64,000 nucleotides of DNA from Chara braunii. Lineage: Eukaryota > Plantae > Charophyceae. The notes under the pieces are model-generated. The model was not told the DNA's origin. It did not search any database and worked only from the letters and a program-made list of their open reading frames with translations. Where the stretch lies: positions 4,898,671 through 4,962,670 of the forward strand of contig BFEA01000019.1 of NCBI GenBank assembly GCA_003427395.1. Reading direction: 5' to 3'. The translations under genes were made by a program, and so were the position numbers. Of this stretch, positions 25,475 to 38,279 are shown one piece after another (positions within the stretch are counted from its first letter, which is position 1; every line of letters starts with the position of its first letter).

Positions 25475-27440
25475 CTTTTTTTATTTTTGTTTTGTTTTTT
25501 ATTTTTTAAGAAAACATCGACGGTGGGTGTAGAAGGGTTGTTGATAAGAGAAGACACCCATTCTACAGGCCACGCCATTGGATGACTCTGTTCCATTGGT
25601 GAGGCGCTGCACCTGCTGGAAACCAGGTCCAGCATCCCTTCACAACATTATAAATGAGCCAACGTTACAAATTTTACAGGTTGTACCATCGTCCGCATTC
25701 ATATCAGGTGGACCCTTTGATGAAGAGGGTTCCCAGTTCCCATGTTTCTCCAATGATCGGTCCGAGCACTGATCCCTGGAGAGAGCCAGCAGTAGGAAGT
25801 CACTGAGTTCATAAGTGAGTCAAGGATGCTGCTTTCGCACATATTGTACTCTTTGCATGCCATCTGTCCAATGTCCCATGCTTGTTGTTGCTCTTGTCCT
25901 CATACCGGTTGCTTGCCACAGTGACCTGAAGATGCCCAATTGTCCCCATCGTCTGCAGCGGTTGTACGGACAGCGGGATGATAGAGGATCAGGGGGCGGA
26001 AGGGGGGGTCGGTGGGCCGGTGGGGGAAGGGGGGTTCAGAAGGAGATGGTGGCGAGGGAAGCTGGTGCGAAGCAGGATGGGTTACTGCAGGGCAGGGCCA
26101 GGGACCATTGTGCGATGTGGGTTCTAAGGGATCAACAGAAAGTTGGTTAGGAGGTGTGGGACTGCAAAGTTTTCCAGGGGTCTTCTTTGCCAGGAGGGTT
26201 CATCTGCCCTCCAAATTTTCCATCGTATGTTGAGATCATCCAGTAGTTCAGAGAAGGCTTGGTGCGGATCCTGCCAGATCTCGCAGTAGGATTCCCGCAA
26301 AGTTACCCTGAGACTGGGGTCTGTTTCGTCGTGATAGCTTTGTTTCATTGTCTTACAGGCATGTTGTGTGCGAGATCTTATCTCTTCTTCTATCGCATGT
26401 TGTGATTGTTGCAGACCGAATTGGTAGTCTTTTCTCTCAAAGGAGCACCTCACTCTCCAGGCTTGCATGATAACGTGCAGCCTCATATATGAGAAGAGTT
26501 TCGTGGCAAACGGAGTCCAGTGCGCTAGTAAGTTTTGATTTTTGCGCAGCAGGATGAGGCTGAGCTCCCATGGATATGGATGTTCATTAGCGAATGGATC
26601 GCCGCGTCCCACCACCTCCATATTTGGGCAACCATCAGGCACGCCAGTAGACAGTGCTCAAGGGTTGCCCTGGCCGGCTGTGTTGCCCTTCCACAGTAGA
26701 AGCAGATGGGGGACAGTAGGCCTTTCTGCTCAAGGTCTGTTCTCGAGACGAGCCAGTTGCGGGTGGGGAGACAGCGGTGTAAGATTGCCATTATAGGGAC
26801 TTGAGGCTAGTGGGCATTAGTTTGGCATACTTGGTCCAAGGGAGGTTGTGCAGCAGCTGTGGATTCAATGGTGAAATCCTTCTCCCATCTCTGTGAGATC
26901 GTCTATCCAATCTGTTGCTGTGAACAAGCTGCTTTGTACCCTCCTTTAACAGTGTAGTCCCAGATGTGCACGGTTTGTTGGCCTGTCCATTCCCAGTCGT
27001 CCAGGTCAAAGGGGAGTCGGGCAATGGGTGTGGCAAGCTCGTATGCTTGGTAGTCGTTGTTCTGGTCACCCACCACACTCACATTTATCAGGCCCGCCCA
27101 CAGTTCGATGGTATCCAAGTCTTCATTCCGGAGCAGATGAGAGAACCGCACTCCCGAGATGTGCAGGGCAAAAACTTCCAGTGTGCACCTCCCACTGTTA
27201 GTATTGCGTTACCCTATAAACAGTCGCCCGTCTGGGCAGGTCAACGTATCTAACCACCAAGTCTCGTGGTTGAATCATTGGGCCTGTTTTAAGGATTTGC
27301 CGCCAAGCTAGAGGGAGAGCATCTATCAATTGGTGGGCCTTACTTCCACGTTCCTTACGTACTTAAGCTTGGCTTAATGAGGATGGAGCCATCTGGGGGC
27401 CACAGTTCAAGCCATTTCACTCTATGGCCACTGAATTGCT
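25475..27440 (-). mobile_element. 5'-truncated L1-like LINE with 3' structured module and A-rich tail
   Basis: Reads LIDALPLAWRQIL and ILHRCLPTRNWL...ICFYC...TLEHCLLAC (zf-RVT). The module is at 25520-25638 and the A-rich tail at ~25475-25508. Confidence 0.85.
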
Positions 27441-27869
27441 TTGGTTTCCTACAAACTGCTTGCAAGCAACTGCTCGTGAGCAGTTACTGTAGGTCAATTC
27501 ATCAAAATAGAAAAAGGAAAAAACAAAGGAGATGGATTTGCTGAAGCACTACAAAAAGCCAAACAATCCATCTTTTCCCCCGTGTTTCCTTTAAACCACT
27601 AGTACCTCCGCCAGTGTTGCGAAAATTGGGAAAACAGGCAGTTTTCCCATTTTCCCCGAATCGTTCCAAGGTCCCAGAGGCTCGGTAAGGAGAATAAAGT
27701 TTAGTTTTATATCGCCCGCTCGTGAAAGGGATAAAAAAGAAAGAAGATACCTTCTCTACTGCAATAGAAGATATTTTCTCTACTGCAATGATGTCGGGCA
27801 GGGTAGTCTAGGAGGCCGTGCTCACAGTGGTCCTCCACAGAATGAATCTTACAGTTAAAACGGTCAGAT

Positions 27870-29112
27870 TGCAATAACCCATGCCATATTTCTCGTGGAA
27901 CTGAGGACCCTCAGAAGGCCTACCTGGCCGCCCTCAGCCCAGGCCAAACAAGGGCAGAAAAAAACCTTTACGAATTCAGGGCCTAGGCGTGTGACAGTTG
28001 ACTTTGGTCACATGTCGGTCCACCCAACAGCCAAAGTCCAGAGGTACCTAGCCCAGACTGCAGGTCAAGCACACACACTTGTTTGTATGCAGGTACCCAG
28101 ACAGCATCAGGTCCAAGGGAGAAGTCTGCAACTGTACAATCCGGGCCTTGAGATGTGAGTCAATCAGGACGATTGGGGGAAAGGCACCTGAGCCCAGACA
28201 GCCTCGACGACTGCTACTTAAGGCTGACCTCGAGCGAGTCAAGCATTCAGTCTTGCGATGCTGCTATGACGCTGGCTCGACTTTGACAGCGCTGGCTTTA
28301 TGCTGGTTGTGCACACGCATTGCGGACGACGACACAAGCTGGAGGCGGGATGCTGGTGCTTCTTCGGTGCACCATGGCATGCTGACGTGGCGGTGCCTCT
28401 GGTATATGTGGCGCTGCCTCTGGGCTATTGGGCATGCCGATGTGGCGCTGCCTTTGGTATATGTGGTGCTGCCTCTGGTCTACGTGGCATGTTGATGTGG
28501 CGCTGCCTCTGGTCTACGTGGCATGCTGACATGGCGCTGCCTCTGGTATATGTGGCACTGCCTCTGGTCTACGTAGCATGCTGCCATGGCGCTGCCTGTG
28601 GTATATGTGGCGTTGTTCCTTGTATATATGGCGCTGCTATTGGTCTACATTGTTGATGTGGCGTATGCCACCTATCTTGGTTGCTGACGTGGCATTATCC
28701 ACGCTGTCTACATGAGGTGACTAGTTGCGAGGAAGAGGAAGATCGGGATCTGTGGATGTAGAGAATCGGGTACTCTTGTAACTGGCTTCGTTACTGGAAA
28801 TTTGTTGTGTCTTCAAAGTCTTCATGAGATAAAGTGCCACGTGACACTATTGTATGTGATCAGGATTAACCTTATTATCATTGAATCATTGACGATGTGA
28901 TGTGGAAAGAAGTCCGGAGAAGGAAAGGGATCTGAAGGGTTCTGGGTATTCTCTCTTCCTCTCCTTTATCTATTCTCCCTCCACACTCTTCTTTTTGTGA
29001 ATAATGAGATACTGCTCGAGATATCACTTCACGATCTGGAGACTTTCAGGCAGATATTGAACCCACTGATGATTGGCGACTTCTGAGTACCTAACGGACT
29101 AGGTTCATTGCA
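27870..29112 (+). repeat. 5' LTR of element 2 (1243 bp, with internal minisatellite)
   Basis: Runs tgcaataaccc...ggttcattgca. About 400 bp (~28210-28600) is absent from the 3' LTR. Confidence 0.95.
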
Positions 29113-29115
29113 ATT

Positions 29116-29127
29116 TGGTATCAGAGC
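29116..29127 (+). promoter_or_regulatory. Primer-binding site, tRNA-iMet
   Basis: TGGTATCAGAGC lies three bases after the LTR end. Confidence 0.92.
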
Positions 29128-29929
29128 TCCTCTTCATCGTGATCTGCTGTCTGTTGTCAGGTGCTGACGTGGCACCCAGGTAAGTGGGAGGTGCCGCATG
29201 TGCAACATGAAACGCGTTTATTGACGCGCGCAGTCATACCTCAAGTCTAGACATTGTAATAGTGCACCTGCGAGCAGCCGTCCCTTGAAGATGATGACGT
29301 AGCTGCATTGAAGATACCAGTGAGAGTTTCGTTGGCAATGTGTTGACATGGCGCTGGTATAGAGAGAGAGATTGGTACCGCCGATGAGGCACATTGTTTA
29401 TTTTGCATGTTATTTATGTGCTACTATGGTTCGCCAGTGTTGAAATTGTGATATGTTTGTGCTGCTGACGTGGCATCCCCCCTTGTAGACCTACCAGATC
29501 CTTTATGTGCTGATGTGGCACATTATCTGTTGTGTTGGCATGCCAGGGGTGATACGTGGCATGTAAAGATTGTGTCGAGGATTGCATTGCTTCTGCAGAT
29601 GGTACAGTAGGAGCTAACCATTGTTTGTGTGGTTGTGTTGACTTTCTTCTTACCTGTTGATTGTCTGTGGTTGTTGTGTGTACTTACAAGCGTGTTATTG
29701 TCTTGATCACACTGAGGTTAGAACAAGGTTTATTTCTATTTCCTGAATTGTTGTTTATTTCTTGCTGAAGAAATTTGGATCGGTATGACCGTGGACTTTA
29801 TTATTAAGACATTTTTATATATTGTGTCGTAAACACATCTGAAGATGTCTTTTTTTTCAAACTCTCAGCGTCTCTCCATTCTGACTCGCTTCGTTCCTCA
29901 TTTTTTCCAGCTTGTCTCTGTGATCCTTT

Positions 29930-31697
29930 TCGCTGATGAAGAAGGTGAACTCTGAACCCGTAATCAGATTGAAGACCGACGGCAAATGATGCAAGGTCGT
30001 CTTGAACAACTCGTAAATGAGTTGCATGGTTCTGGAGTCATGGTTGAACAACACGTACGCAGCTAGTTCGATCTGCGTGCTGCAAAAAACAAACTTAAAG
30101 AGGTTGTTACGACTGTTCAAATGATGGAGGCCAATACAAGGGTGCAGCGGACTATCGAATGACCCTTGATCAATATGTCGTCGAGGAGCTCGCGAAGATC
30201 GCTGCAGGCAAGCCGAAAGAAGAACGGAAAATAAAAGAAGAAAGAAAGGAAGAAGAAAGAAAGTCAGAACTGAATGCGGATACAATGTTGGCAAACATTC
30301 GACAATTGGAAGAAGCATTGAACGAGGGAAAAAAAAGAATGGATAAGTACCGAAGGATAAAAATTGAAAAAGAACAGCGAGAGAGAAAGGTGGAAGAAAT
30401 TAGGCAACAATTTCACATTGATAAGACAGAAACTCTGCATCTGTTCTTGGCAACTTGATGGCCTATCCGGCACACCTTGAAACAAAGATTGATAATAACA
30501 CCGCAACATTGGAGTCGGTGTTGAGACTAGTGAAAGGGAAACGTAAAGTGTTAATTGAGGAGGAGGTCAGGGAAAAGAAAATAAAGAACCCTAGGACAAG
30601 TTGATGAAAGATGTAATGAGGGGGGAGGACAAACCCGGACCCTCGAAGAAGGAGTCCGAAGAACTGGCCAAGAAGAAAGAAAACTGGCTGACAAGAAAGA
30701 AGAACCAGTTAAGGAAGCAGAGAAGCCAAAAAGGAAAGAAAAGGTTAAGATGAAATTGTCATTCACCTACAACAACAAAAAGGAAGAAAACTTGTTGTTG
30801 TGGATTGCTGAAATACAGACTTATTGTGACACTGCACCCGTTGAGCCTGAAAGTCAAGTTGCTTTTTCCACATCTTGTCTAGGAGGAATGACCAAGGAAT
30901 GGGTGTTGGCCGAAGCCAACGCTGCTGGCTTTGAGGATATAGGGGAGTGGGCTAAAACCCTAACGTTGAGGCAGTTTCTCCAGAAAATCAAGGAGAGATT
31001 GCTTGACAAGACGACAACCGATAAAGCTTTCGATGAACTCACCACCATTGGCTAAAAGCGTTGGGCTTCAGTTGATTCATTGTCTCGTGCGGTTAATCGT
31101 ATTTTGCAGGTACCTGGACTGAACTTACACGACAACCAGGTTCTCTACATCTACTCACGTGCATTGCCCGAGCCCATTCGTGGATAACTCGTGGCCGAGT
31201 TGAAGTCGGGTAACTATAACTATCGGCAGTTTCGCGATCTCGCTCTCCAGAGATAGCAGATAACCGCACAGATAAAGGGGTTTTACGCTTCGGTGGTTAA
31301 GTAGGGACCCGTAGGAGGTTATGGCAAGCGAGTCCTTTGGCGGCAAAAGCGCTAGGACTATATGCTTGTGCTATTTGACGATGAGACTGTGGAGAAATTA
31401 CCTTTGGAAGAGTCTGAGGGAGGAGGAGGTAACGACGACAGTGAGTCCGAGAAGGGTGACGTCACTGCTGTCATGACCAACAAGGGAGGCCAGACCCAAC
31501 GGAAGAAGAAGAAGAGGTCACGCTTGTTTCCCGAGCACCCCGACATTGCGTTCGAAAGACCTTGGGAGAACATGAACATGACACGCGAGGAATGACAGTC
31601 CAAGATGGACAACCGCCAGTGCCTCAAGTGTGGCACCGTTGGGCACGTGATAGCCTGGTGCCCGCTTATTCGTAACCCGAAAGCGAGCAGCCAATAG
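29930..31697 (+). pseudogene. gag: Element 2 gag, disrupted
   Basis: Reads LLLWIAEIQTYCDTAPV... with knuckle CLKCGTVGHVIAWC and in-frame stops. Confidence 0.85.
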
Positions 31698-34600
31698 GAG
31701 TAGCATTTGCTCCTACTGAGTCGAAGAGTATAGATCAAGATTGAGGTAAGGCGCCTATAACCCCTTCTACCCCTTTGACTCTCAAGGCAAAGGATGACTC
31801 TTTTTCGCCCGTCGTCCTGACCACCCTGACACAGTACTGTTTTGTCTCGCTGAACGATTCCCTTGACGAGCTCGACAATGAACTGATAGCACTACGGAGC
31901 TCGTGGGCGAAGAAAACGAAGTCTAAGGGTGAGTTGATGATTGCGGACATTGAGATTGCGCACACGCGATTAGGTGCTTTGTTAGATTCGAGATCGACAC
32001 GGTCTTATATCTCATAAAAGACAATTCGTAAGTTGCACCTGGGAATGAAGGTAAAAGATTTACCTAGACCTATTACGTCTATACTGACTGACAAGAGCAC
32101 GATCACTGTCTCTCAATACGTCGATCGTGTGAAGTGTTATTTCAGGACAAACGAAGGTAAGAAGATTTTACACAAGATATCCTTCCTAATTGAGAAAAAA
32201 TTACCCTTTGACTTAATTCTGGGTATGGATTGGCATGAGGAAGTCGGCCCAAAAGTTCAGTTCAAAGATAAAATTATCAAACTCAACAACGAGAAGTTTG
32301 CACTACGTGCAGTAAAATTGTATCATAAGTTTGACTCTGACTCTACTCTGTCTTTCTGTTATATGAGTTACCCAACTTTTCACTCGATGGTAGTAAAGAA
32401 GAAGTTGGACCAGGAGGTGATGATGATGCTTGTCAAATAAGTAGGTGAGTAGGTGAGTGTTCTTCATCCTATCCACCTTCTATTGAAGAACTTTTTGATG
32501 AATATAAGGATTTGCAGTCTGAACCGACGGGAATCACTGACCGTGCTATCAAGCACACAATCGAGATCATTCCCGGAAGTAAGATTCATAAGGGTCACAT
32601 TTATCGTATGTCTCCTAGGGAACTTGAGGAATTACGAAAACAGCTGCAAGAACTTACTGACAAGGGATAGATTCGACCCAACTCGTCTCCTTATGGTGCA
32701 CCTGTCTTATTTGTGCCAAAAAAGGAAGGTGAACTTCGACTGTGCATTGACTATCGTGGGTTGCATTCTGTCACTGTGAAAAACGCGGAACGACTTCCAC
32801 GCATTGATAACTTGCTAGACCGGCTACAGGGCTGCAGATATTTTAGCAAGATTGATCTCAAGTCATGGTACCACTAGATCGAGGAGGATCCTAATGATCA
32901 ACACAAGACGGTTTTCCGAACAAGGTATGATCACTACGAGTTTGTGGTAATGCCTTTATGATTGACTAACACCCCTGCAACCTTTCAAAGGTCCATGAAT
33001 GAATTGTTTTGTCAGTGGTTGAACCGATTCGTAATTGTCTATCTCGATGATATCCTAGTGTACAACAAGACACTGGAGGATCACGAGAAACACCTACGAA
33101 TGGTTCTTCAGAAGTTGCATGAAGACAACTTCAAATTGGATCCGAAGAAGTATGAATTTGCTAAACCTGAGTATTATACCTACAACATAAAGTGAATGAT
33201 GAAGGACTAAGGCCTAAGAGAAAAAAATAACAGCAATCAAAGATTAACCTTAACCTAAGACTGTCACTGAACTCAAGGATTTTGATAGGACTCGCTAGTT
33301 ATTACAGGAAGTTCGTCAGAAACTTCTCCTTGATAGCTGCTCCTATGAGAAGATTACTGAAAAAGGAAAACCCTTGGTTGTGGGACAAAGATTATGAGTC
33401 GTTATTCAAAATTTTGAAACATACCCTGACTCACTACCCTGTCTTAAAGATTGTTGACCCTTCTCTTCCTTTCATTGTCACGACTGACGCCAGTCAGTAT
33501 GGGATTGGGGTTGCGCTACAACAAAATGACAATAAAGGATATAAACCTGTTGAGTTGATGTCGAGAAGACTTCCGTCAGACAAGGTAACCAATTCTACAT
33601 ATGAAAGGGAACTGTATGTCTTAGTAGCGACACTAGAAACCTGGAAGCACTACTTGTTGGGAAGACATTTTACTGTCTATTCTGACCATTCTACGTTGAA
33701 GTGGATCAAGACTCAGCCTAAACTCTCTCACAAGTTAGTAAGGTGGTCCTCCTTCCTTGATACATTTGACTTTGAGGTGAAAATCATCAAAGGTAAGTCT
33801 AATGTGGTTGTGGATGCTTTGTCCATGCATGCAGATTTCTTTGGAACTATTGTCTCTTATCTCGATATTGAAAATAAATTGAAAGAACAAATCCGCCAAG
33901 GTTATGGGAGCGATCCTATTTGGAATCCTATCATTGGAACTCTATGAAAAAACCCTAAAATTTGTCCAGAATATCGAATGATTGATGACTTACTCTTCTC
34001 GCTGGACAAAATCGAAGAACGATTGTGTATTCCTCACTTAGAACAAATTAAGAGTTTGATAATTGGGGAATGCCATGATACAGAAGGACACTTTGGTTTC
34101 AAGAAGACGTACGCCGATGTGCGTGAACGTTTGAGTGGAAAGGAATGAAAGAAGATGTACTGACGTATGTGCGGACCTATCTTGTTTGTCAAATAAACAA
34201 ACCCTCACATGAGAGTCCGATGAGCCTATTACGACCACTCCCTATGCCAAGTGAGTCCGGTGAGTTTATCTCAATTGACTTCATAAGCCTCACTAAAAGT
34301 CAAAATGACAATAGTCAGGTAATGATAATCGTCGATAGATTTTCTAAGTACGCTATATTCATTCCTTTGCCCGCTGAAACTGAAACTGGAACCGGACTAG
34401 TCATACAGAAGTTTCAAATGCGGTGGGTCTCTGAGTATGAATTTCTCAAAACCATCGTATCAGGTAAAGATGCTCGGTTCACTAGTCTACAATGACAAAA
34501 GTTGATGGAAGTCTATGGAACCCAGTTGACCACGTCGTCAGGCAGATATCCTGAAACGAATGGCCAAACTGAGCACATGAATCGTCTTTGTCAGCAACTT

Positions 34601-35872
34601 TTGCGAATGTATGTCCGTCCAGATCAAATTGACTGGGATGAGAACTTGCCTAAAATGGTCAGTGTATATAACGACAATATACACACTGTCACAAATAGAA
34701 CACCTAACGCACTGCATAAAGGTTGGAAGCCTAGACATCTCATTCATGTTTTAACCTGGGTCCTTTTATCGGACGTCCGGGACCCCCCTGACTGTCCGGG
34801 ATGTCCGACCGGACGTTTGGTCGGACGTCGGACTGGACAGGGGATTTCCGACCTAGCGCAAAAAAAAAAAAAAAAATTCTGTTTTTTTTGAAAAAAAATA
34901 ATGTGGCTTCTACCTTGCATAAGGTGTATGCCACCAAAATTTTGGCTCATTTGAGCCAGGACAAAACAAAATATAAATCTTCAAAGATTCTAATCCCCAC
35001 CTATACCCCACCTATCCCCACCAAAACCCCTCGTACGCCCCGCTCCCACCCCAAATAGCACCCTATTGCCAAATGCTCAGAAAATTTTGAATTTTTTTAT
35101 GGGGGGCCTCTATGGCATGCGCAATGCTGTCATTTTTTTATTTTTTTTATTTTTTTTAGTGTCAAAAAGTCGTCGTTCGAAAATCCGAACGACGGGGATA
35201 CCTTACGTCCGGGGAGACATCCGGGGGACACGTCTGATCTCCTGACCATTGGTAACATAGGTTTTAACGAGGGACCACATTCAGAGGCTACCCCCAGGTA
35301 CACATGAATTTGTAGTTCTGCACGAAGAAGATATTAAGAAGGTAAAGGAAAATATACAAAAAAACCAGTTGCAAATGGTGGAACAAGCTAATAAGCATTG
35401 TCGTCCTTCACAATTCCAAGAGGGGGACTTTCTCTGGGTTAAGTCTAAAAAAATTTCCTTCGAAGAGAATGTGTTTCAGAAATTGCTACCTGTCTACTAT
35501 GAGCCCTGGGAAGTTCTCAAAGTAATTGGAGGTGAAAATGTACCTTCCTATCGTATAAATAAACCTCCACACCTCAGGACATACCCTGTCTTCCATGGTT
35601 TTAAACTGCTACCTTATGTGGAAAGTGGTGATTTCCCAAATAGACCATCTATGATTCCACCCTCCATAAATGAGGGCTATGAAGTTGAGAAAATATTGGA
35701 GCATGGCTATTTCTCTACAGGTGGCAGGGGACGACCTCAGAAGCAGTATAACTTGAAGGTAACGTTCAAGTCCCAACCCCCATCTGAAGCTAGATGGTTT
35801 AGTAGAAAAGAACTTCTACCCACTGCTCCTGATATTGTTGCTGCATATGAACGTGGGTTAACTAGGAATTGA
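31680..35872 (+). pseudogene. pol: Element 2 pol, disrupted
   Basis: LLDSRST (PR), VYLDDILVY (RT), TTDASQYGIG (RH), ISIDFI/IVDRFSKY/YPETNGQTE (INT) and a terminal chromodomain. Confidence 0.92.
34753..35263. mobile_element. ~510-bp non-autonomous DNA element inserted in the element 2 integrase
   Basis: Termini AACCT...AGGTT with subterminal gtccgg/ccggac repeats. Removal restores HVLTRD (element 1 has DVLTRD). Confidence 0.8.
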
Positions 35873-35914
35873 TGTAATTTCTGCGATGGAACTCGAAAAT
35901 TGGGACGACAGGAA

Positions 35915-36749
35915 TGCAATAACCCATATCATATGTCTCGTGGAACTGAGGGCCCTCAGAAGGCCTACCTGACCGTCCTCAGCCCAGGCCAAACAAGGGC
36001 AAAAAAAAACCTTTACGAATTCAAGGCCTGGGCGTGTGACAGTAGACTTTGGTCAACTGTCGGTCCACCCAACAGCCAAAGTCCAGAGGTACCTAGCCTA
36101 GGCCGCAGGTCGAGCACACACACTTGTTTGTATGCAGGTACCCAAACAACATCAGGTCCAAGGGAGAAGTCTGCAACTGTACAATCCGGGCCTTGAGATG
36201 TGAGTCAATCTGGACGACTGGGGGAAAGACACCCGCGGCCAGACAACCTCAACGACTGCCTCTGGTATATGTGGCGCTGCTATTGGTCTACATTGTTGAT
36301 GTGGCGTATGCCACTTGTCTTGGTTGCTGACGTGGCATTGTCCACGCTGTCTACATGAGGTGACTGGTTGCGAGGAAGAGGAATATCGGGATATGTGGAT
36401 GTAGAGAATCGAGTACTCACCTCTGGCTGACATCGTCACTGGAGATCTGCCGTGTCTTCAAAGTCTTCATGAGATAAAGTGCCACGTGGCACTGTTGTAT
36501 GTGATCAGGATTATTCTTATTATCATTGATGATGTAATGTGGAAAGAAGCCCGGAGAAGGAGAGGGATCTGAAGGATTCTGGGTATTCTCTCTTCCTCTC
36601 CTTTGTCTATTCTCCCTCCACACTCTCCTCTTTTAGAATAACGAGATACTGCTCGAGATATCACTTCACGCTCTGGAGACTTTCAGACAGATATTGAAAC
36701 TACTGATGATTGACGACTTCTTAGTACCTAACAGACTGGGTTCATTGCC
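35915..36749 (+). repeat. 3' LTR of element 2 (835 bp)
   Basis: Runs tgcaataaccc...ggttcattgcc, with the terminal A apparently mutated. Confidence 0.93.
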
Positions 36750-38199
36750 AGATTCCGAATGCTATTGTTATATACATTTTTTATCTCTCTCTTCTCATTC
36801 TTACGAGTCCCCTGCCAGCGAGACAGGGTGTAATCCGTGATCTGCTCAAGCTGTGTTTCCTTGGAGGATCGTAACGTGATCACACTGGCACTTAACGTAT
36901 CCAGCCAATATCATGGCCGAATCTATGTTTCCATGTGTTTATTTGTTCTTCGTCTTTGTGGAATCTCACAACCTGGCCACGGGGCTGAGACGCCCTCACT
37001 GAGGGCACACTCACAATACCACTTCCAAGAATGTAATACAACTGCATTTCACGGCCAAAACTCTGTTTCGTTTTTTTTGCCCCTTCTTTTGTGAGTTTCA
37101 TGGCCGCAACTTTTTTTCTGTTTTTTCTTTTTTCTTTTTGTTCTTTTCGTGAGAGAACGAGAAAAGAAAATAGAGTGGGACCCAGGCTCGCCAAGACTCG
37201 GAGCGCAATGAAATTCAGGCTCGGCAACAACCGGCTCGGAGGTACGAGTGGTTTAAACCACCACCACCTCCAATCCTGTTTTTGCCGAACCTGAATTTCA
37301 ATGCGCACCGAGTTTTGCCGAGTCTCGGCAGTTGCATCCAAATAAGAAGAAGAAAACGAGGAAAAAAAACCCTCCCTCATGCCATGATAACCATCGGATA
37401 CACTCTATGAGGTGCTAGTGTGACTGTGCCCTCAGTGAGGGCATCCATCCATCGCACAATAGAAGAAGAAGAAGAAGAAGAAGAAGAAGAAGAAGAAGAA
37501 GAAGGGAAAAAAAAAAGCATCCCTTATGTTGTGGTTGCGGTCCGATACAGGATGCTACAATACTATCTTCTTCCCCCGAATACAACGTACGATCATTATA
37601 GCTGTATTTGGGGTATCTTTCCTTCTAAATACAGCAATAATGACCGTACGTTGTGTTTGGGTGAAGAAGGGAGTGTGAGGTAAGTGAGGCAGCTTTATTG
37701 CCCTGCGTGGAATACGCCCTGCCTCGCTTGCAGGGCACTACAAATACGTAAGAAGAAGAAAAAGAAAACAAACCCAACAGCACTCACGTTCCACACATAA
37801 TGGCCAGATACATTCCTCAAAGCACTGGAGTGACTTCCACCGACATGAGGGCCTGCCCCGACGTCGCTGGATTCAAAGTGCATAGGTTTTTTTCTTTCCT
37901 TTTCGTTCTTTTTCACTTTTTTCTTTCTTTCAGCCTCCAACCCTTAGCATCCTATTGAGAAAGGTAGTGGTGGTTTAAAGCTGAGAAATGTCACTCCCTC
38001 CAGGTCAGCCAGCAAAAACACTCATCATCTTTTTTCCTCTTTTCCGAGGGAACAGATTTTGTCATAGCAAAATTTAGAAAAGAGGCCACCTACCTCACAA
38101 CTTGATGCTAAGACATATAGTGGGGCCTGGGTACTGAAATTTGAAAACCACTCAGGGTCTGCTGATAACGTCCTCCTTTCCATCTGCCCTGCTACAACC

Positions 38200-38239
<40 letters not shown>

Positions 38240-38279
38240 CAGAAAGAACTGCAAGAAGGGTTATAGCTCGCTAATTGCT

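Larger units (their letters stand above)
27870..36749 (+). mobile_element. Ty3/gypsy chromovirus LTR retrotransposon, decayed (element 2)
   Basis: LTRs at 27870-29112 and 35915-36749, PBS TGGTATCAGAGC and a flanking AGAT duplication. Domain order is gag-PR-RT-RH-INT-chromodomain, homologous to element 1. Confidence 0.95.
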
